Source: Akkermansia sp. (GTDB lineage: Bacteria; Verrucomicrobiota; Verrucomicrobiia; Verrucomicrobiales; Akkermansiaceae). From it: a stretch of DNA of 61,560 nucleotides. How positions within the stretch are numbered: the first letter of the stretch is position 1; each line of letters starts with the position of its first letter. The stretch is from positions 1-61,560 of the forward strand of contig JAZRBC010000197.1 of the NCBI GenBank assembly GCA_045634905.1, given 5' to 3'. This document shows, piece after piece, positions 57,219 through 61,560 of this stretch. A program made the translations under genes and the position numbers. Below the pieces are notes generated by a model, which saw nothing but the letters and a program-made list of their open reading frames with translations, made no database searches and had not been told where the DNA came from.

Positions 57219-57614
57219 ATGGCCACGAGTCTGGTACGCCGTGCAGGAGTACGGATGACCCGCCAGCGGCGCGCAGTGCTGGAAACCATTCTGGCCTCGC
57301 ACGACCACCCCACCGCGGCCCAGATATACGAACGCACCAAGTCGAACACACCGGGCATTTCTCTGGCTACGGTATACAACTGTCTTGAAACCATGGCAGA
57401 ATCAGGTATCATCAACCACCTGAATTTCGACAACGGCCCCGCACGATTCTGCCCGAATCTGACCCCGCATGTGCACCTGCTGGACGACACCAGCAACCGG
57501 GTGCTCGATGTCCAGCTCAAGCCGGGACTTAGGCCCGAAGATGTCTTTGATTTACCCGAAGGCACCTGCGTGACACGCATGGACGCTTGCCTACACGGCA
57601 AATTTCCGCTATAA
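57219..57614 (+). CDS. Fur-family regulator (PerR/Irr-like)
   Basis: RMTRQRRAVL, DHPTA..IY, ISLATVYNCL, HVH; alternative start 57186. Confidence 0.88.
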   Translation: MATSLVRRAGVRMTRQRRAVLETILASHDHPTAAQIYERTKSNTPGISLATVYNCLETMAESGIINHLNFDNGPARFCPNLTPHVHLLDDTSNRVLDVQLKPGLRPEDVFDLPEGTCVTRMDACLHGKFPL

Positions 57615-57626
57615 TCTCCCGCAGCA

Positions 57627-58376
57627 ATGAGTCTGGTCATCAAAAATCTTCATGCGCGCGTCAAGGACGGAGCGCCTATCCTCAACGGTATTAATCTGGA
57701 AATCCCTAAGGGGGAAGTACATGCCATCATGGGGCCGAATGGTTCCGGCAAATCCACCCTGTCAAAAGTGCTCTGCGGCCACCCGGATTATGAGGTGACA
57801 GCCGGCACAGCCGAGCTCGACGGGCAGGATTTATTCGCCATGAGTGTGGACGAACGCAGCCGCGCCGGCCTCTTCCTGGCCTTCCAGTACCCGGTGGAGG
57901 TACCGGGAGTCACCAATGCCAACTTCATGCGTGCCGCACTCAAGGCCCGGCTGCCTGAGGGTGAGGAAGTAGATGCCGTTTCCTTCTACAAGGAACTGCG
58001 CGGCAAAATGAAGCAGCTGGGCATGGACCCGAAATTCACCTCCCGCGCGGTGAATGAAGGTTTTTCCGGCGGTGAGAAGAAGCGCAACGACATTCTGCAG
58101 ATGATGATGCTCAATCCCAGCTACGCTATTCTGGATGAAACGGACAGCGGACTGGATGTAGATGCCCTCCGCATCGTCTCCGATGGCGTGAATGCCATGC
58201 GAGCCCCCTTCCGCAGTTTCCTGGTCATCACCCACTACAAGCGCCTGCTCGACTACATCCGCCCGGATGTGGTGCACGTGCTCTACCAGGGGCAGATTGT
58301 GCGCACAGCCGGGTTCGAGCTGGTGGACCACATCGAACAGCACGGCTTTGATTTCCTGAAGACCGAGGAGGCCTGA
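57627..58376 (+). CDS. sufC: Fe-S assembly ATPase SufC
   Basis: [48 protein letters not shown]. Confidence 0.97.
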   Translation: MSLVIKNLHARVKDGAPILNGINLEIPKGEVHAIMGPNGSGKSTLSKVLCGHPDYEVTAGTAELDGQDLFAMSVDERSRAGLFLAFQYPVEVPGVTNANFMRAALKARLPEGEEVDAVSFYKELRGKMKQLGMDPKFTSRAVNEGFSGGEKKRNDILQMMMLNPSYAILDETDSGLDVDALRIVSDGVNAMRAPFRSFLVITHYKRLLDYIRPDVVHVLYQGQIVRTAGFELVDHIEQHGFDFLKTEEA

Positions 58377-58377
58377 T

Positions 58378-59778
58378 ATGGACGAATCAACCTTCCAGGT
58401 GGATACGCGCGGTGCATTCTCCATGCCGGAGAATCATAAGTTCGATGCAGGCTACGGTCTCACCGAGGAAACCATCGACTACATCTGTGATGCCAAGGGA
58501 GAGCCGGACTGGCTGCGCCAGTTCCGCAAGGACGCGCTCAGAAAATTCAACGAGATGCCCATGCCCTACCACTGGGCACCCGAGGGAATCAGCAATGTGG
58601 ATTTCGAGAACTTCCGCTACTACCTCTCGCACGGTGCTACCCCCAGCCGCAACTGGGATGAGGTGCCGGAGGATATGAAGCGCACCTTCGAGCGTCTGGG
58701 CGTGCCGGAGCAGGAACGCGCTTTCCTGGCCGGTGTGGATGCCCAGTATGACTCGGAGACAGCCTACACCAATATGCGTGAGGAGCTGCAGAAGCAGGGG
58801 GTCATCTTCGTGAACTCCACGGAAGGGCTCAAGGAATACGAGCACATTTTCCGCCCCTGGTTCGGCAAGGTCATTCCCGTGGGTGACAATAAATTCTCTG
58901 CCCTGAACCACGCTGCCTTCTCCGGAGGGTCCTTCATCTATGTGCCCAAGGGCGTGAAGCTCGCCCAGCCGCTGCAAGCCTATTTCCGCATCAATTCCGA
59001 GAGCATGGGCCAGTTCGAGCGCACCCTCATCATTGCCGATGAAGGTGCCGAGCTCATGTACATGGAAGGTTGCACCGCCCCGCAGTACGACAGCGCCACC
59101 CTGCACTCCGGCGTGGTGGAGCTGGTCGCCCTCAAGGGCGCCAAGATTCAGTACGTGACCGTTCAGAACTGGTCTACCAACGTGTACAACCTCGTGATTC
59201 AGCGAGGTCTGGCCATGGAGGATGCCGAAATCCGCTGGATTGACTGCAACCTGGGCTCCGGCCTCACCATGAAGTACCCCGCCGTGGTGCTGCAGGGTCG
59301 CCGCGCCCGCGGCGAGGTGGTCAGTATCTCGCTGGCACACAGCGGCCAGCTGCAGGACACCGGTGCCCGCATGATTCATGCCGCCCCCGAAACCACCTCG
59401 AACATCGTGGCCAAATCCATTTCCGTGGGTGAAGGCCGCGCCAGCTACCGAGGTGAAGTGAAGGTACTCAAAGGCATGAAGGGCTGCAAGAACAACACCG
59501 AATGCGATGCTCTGCTCATCAATGCCGCCAGTCGCACCGATACTTACCCCGCCATCACCGTGAATGGCAACGCCAGCGCCGTGCAGCATGAGGCCTCTGT
59601 ATCCCAGGTGGATGAGGAGATGCTCTTCTACCTGCAGCAGCGAGGTCTCACCCGCGCCCAGGCTATGAGTCTGGCAGTAAACGGCTTTATCAACGACCTG
59701 GTGAAGGAATTTCCCATGGAATACTCCGTGGAACTTCGCCGCCTCATTGACCTGGAGATGGAAGACTCCATCGGCTAA
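58378..59778 (+). CDS. sufB: Fe-S assembly protein SufB
   Basis: [46 protein letters not shown]. Confidence 0.97.
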   Translation: MDESTFQVDTRGAFSMPENHKFDAGYGLTEETIDYICDAKGEPDWLRQFRKDALRKFNEMPMPYHWAPEGISNVDFENFRYYLSHGATPSRNWDEVPEDMKRTFERLGVPEQERAFLAGVDAQYDSETAYTNMREELQKQGVIFVNSTEGLKEYEHIFRPWFGKVIPVGDNKFSALNHAAFSGGSFIYVPKGVKLAQPLQAYFRINSESMGQFERTLIIADEGAELMYMEGCTAPQYDSATLHSGVVELVALKGAKIQYVTVQNWSTNVYNLVIQRGLAMEDAEIRWIDCNLGSGLTMKYPAVVLQGRRARGEVVSISLAHSGQLQDTGARMIHAAPETTSNIVAKSISVGEGRASYRGEVKVLKGMKGCKNNTECDALLINAASRTDTYPAITVNGNASAVQHEASVSQVDEEMLFYLQQRGLTRAQAMSLAVNGFINDLVKEFPMEYSVELRRLIDLEMEDSIG

Positions 59779-59799
59779 CCCCCAACACCTCACACCAAT

Positions 59800-60927
59800 A
59801 TGGATTTTCCCCAGAATATGAGCATGGAAGAAGCCTTTGCCCTGGCAGAAGCAGAGGCCAGGCTCAACGCAGCACTCGCCGAAAGCAAAGCCCGTTTCCA
59901 GAACGCCGAGATTCCCAACCGACTGAATGAAGACTGGCGCTTCGGGCGTCCGCACAAGTACGCCAAGGAGCTGGCAGAGCTGCTGCAAAGTAACACTCCC
60001 GGCACAGGCTCTGCAGAAGTTCAGGGATGCGATGAGGAAGCAGTCCGCATCAGTTCAGATGACGACGACCTGAGACAGACAGAAATGCTCATGCCCACCA
60101 TCGGGTCCGATGCTTTGCTCGGTCTGCACCTCGAGCGTTTCGGCAGCGGCTATGCCCTTTATCTCGAAAAGAGCTACGATTCACCCATCATCATCAACTA
60201 TCGCAGCTCCGGGCTTTACACTCCCAGCACTTTCATCATGGCGGCACCCGGTGTGCGTGCTCATATCATTGAAAACATCCACTGCGAGAACGGAGCCACT
60301 GTCTTTGCAGCCCGTAACATCCAGGTCGCTGAGGGAGCAAAGCTCAAGGTTGAACTACATGCCTTCTGCCCCGGCGTGGAACAGGTGCAAGGGCGCTGCA
60401 TGGTCATCACCAATGTGCAGAACATGGGTGGAGAGGTGCGCCACCTCACCAATTTCCTGAATCTCGATTGGGCTCGTGAAGAAACGGTGGCAGAAATCTA
60501 CGCCGAAGGCTCAGATACCCAGCTCTATTCCTCCAACACTCCGCTGGAACACATGGTACTCGACCAGCACACACGCCAGGTACACCATGTGGGCAAGGCC
60601 GTGAGCAATCTGCTGTACAAAAACGTACTGGAGGACAGGACAACCGCCACCTTTGCAGGCAATATCTATGTGGCCCCCGGTGCACATAACACCGATGCCT
60701 ACCAGAACAACCGCAACCTCATGCTCAGCGAGGATGCCACAGTAAACTCCCTGCCAGGCCTGGAAATTCTGGCCGACAAAGTGCGCTGCTCCCACGGCAG
60801 CGCCTCTGGTCCCATGGATGAAGAGCAGCTCTTCTACCTGCTCTCCCGCGGCATACCGCGTTACAAAGCCCATCAACTCATCGCTCTCGGCTTTGTGGAG
60901 GAAGTAGATAACAAGTTCAACGCCTGA
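59800..60927 (+). CDS. sufD: Fe-S assembly protein SufD
   Basis: EDWRF, PGLEILADKVRCSHG, QLFYLLSRGI. Confidence 0.9.
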   Translation: MDFPQNMSMEEAFALAEAEARLNAALAESKARFQNAEIPNRLNEDWRFGRPHKYAKELAELLQSNTPGTGSAEVQGCDEEAVRISSDDDDLRQTEMLMPTIGSDALLGLHLERFGSGYALYLEKSYDSPIIINYRSSGLYTPSTFIMAAPGVRAHIIENIHCENGATVFAARNIQVAEGAKLKVELHAFCPGVEQVQGRCMVITNVQNMGGEVRHLTNFLNLDWAREETVAEIYAEGSDTQLYSSNTPLEHMVLDQHTRQVHHVGKAVSNLLYKNVLEDRTTATFAGNIYVAPGAHNTDAYQNNRNLMLSEDATVNSLPGLEILADKVRCSHGSASGPMDEEQLFYLLSRGIPRYKAHQLIALGFVEEVDNKFNA

Positions 60928-60964
60928 TTTCTCCTGGATTTTCCTGTATTCCACCCCCCGATTT

Positions 60965-61560
60965 ATGAATAACGTCCTCCGCTCCGTCTGCGCCGGGCTC
61001 TGCACCATTGGTCTTGCCTGCGCCCAGCCGTCACAGTCCATCAACGAACAGCCTGCCTTCATCCCTGCTCCTTTTCAATACACCTGCTCCCTGAACCAGC
61101 CGGGGTTCCTGCTGACCGAAGGAATCAAGGTTGATATCGCCACCAGCCACAGCGAGCTGGGGCGTGCCGCCATCCGCGCGCTCATGGCCGCAGGTCTGGA
61201 GATTCTTCCCGAAGAGATGGAGGGTGAGCTTCAGGTGCAGATTAATGCCAGCCTTGCAGCCACAGAATATACCCTGCAGGTTACGCCGCAAGGTATCAGC
61301 ATCGAGGTCGGCAGTGCCGAGGCGCTGTTTGCCGCAGCCCAGACCCTGGCTCAGGCGGTGGTGAAGGATACCGCCGGCCAGCCAGCCCTGCCGGATATGC
61401 GGGTGAAGGATGTCCCCCGCCTTGAACACCGCGGCATCATGCTGGATTGCAGCCGCCACCCCATCAGCGTGGCAGATATCAAGCGTATCCTGGACCTCAT
61501 GGCGCGCTACAAGCTCAACCGCCTGCACTGGCACCTCACCGATGACCAGGGCTGGCGCAT
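60965..61560 (+). CDS. GH20 beta-N-acetylhexosaminidase, N-terminal part (runs off window; absent from ORF track)
   Basis: Signal peptide, IPAP, VKDVPRLEHRGIMLDCSRH, KLNRLHWHLTDDQGWR. Confidence 0.92.
   Translation, partial: MNNVLRSVCAGLCTIGLACAQPSQSINEQPAFIPAPFQYTCSLNQPGFLLTEGIKVDIATSHSELGRAAIRALMAAGLEILPEEMEGELQVQINASLAATEYTLQVTPQGISIEVGSAEALFAAAQTLAQAVVKDTAGQPALPDMRVKDVPRLEHRGIMLDCSRHPISVADIKRILDLMARYKLNRLHWHLTDDQGWR

Noticed and set aside
1-61560. CRISPR array, tRNA/rRNA, IS element, integrase or prophage
   Set aside because: By eye I found no regularly spaced repeats, cloverleafs, or transposase, recombinase or phage motifs; a tRNAscan/Infernal run would confirm

Overview
A 61.6-kb, gene-dense, moderately GC-rich chromosomal segment. 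The gene set (GH2/GH20 glycosidases, many Verrucomicrobia-style secreted hypotheticals, SD-poor C/A-rich 5' ends) suggests an Akkermansia-like verrucomicrobium; this is inference, not a database result. Most content is housekeeping: gluQ, tsaA, pyrD, serA, lpxK, asnS, nusA-infB-rbfA, cls, purM-purF, rplY, gltA, clpP-clpX-tsaD, sufCBD. I see no rRNA, tRNA, transposase, integrase, prophage or CRISPR array. Most notable: (1) a stand-alone ~105-nt candidate sRNA at 24131-24234 with a near-consensus promoter, GAAA/UUCG hairpins and an exposed anti-start-codon-like tract; (2) a PurF lacking its catalytic N-terminal Cys; (3) an HrgA-like apparently dead nuclease, a DUF3592-like membrane protein, a NERD-SF1 helicase and an unannotated 50-aa lipoprotein appended to clpPX-tsaD; (4) an uncharacterised ABC exporter / OB-fold / periplasmic helical protein operon; (5) a Cys-free Irr-like Fur protein leading sufCBD; (6) an LTA-synthase-like/ArnT fusion; (7) a lipoprotein with a histone-like tail; (8) frequent leaderless-type promoters. 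All family calls come from motif recognition by eye.
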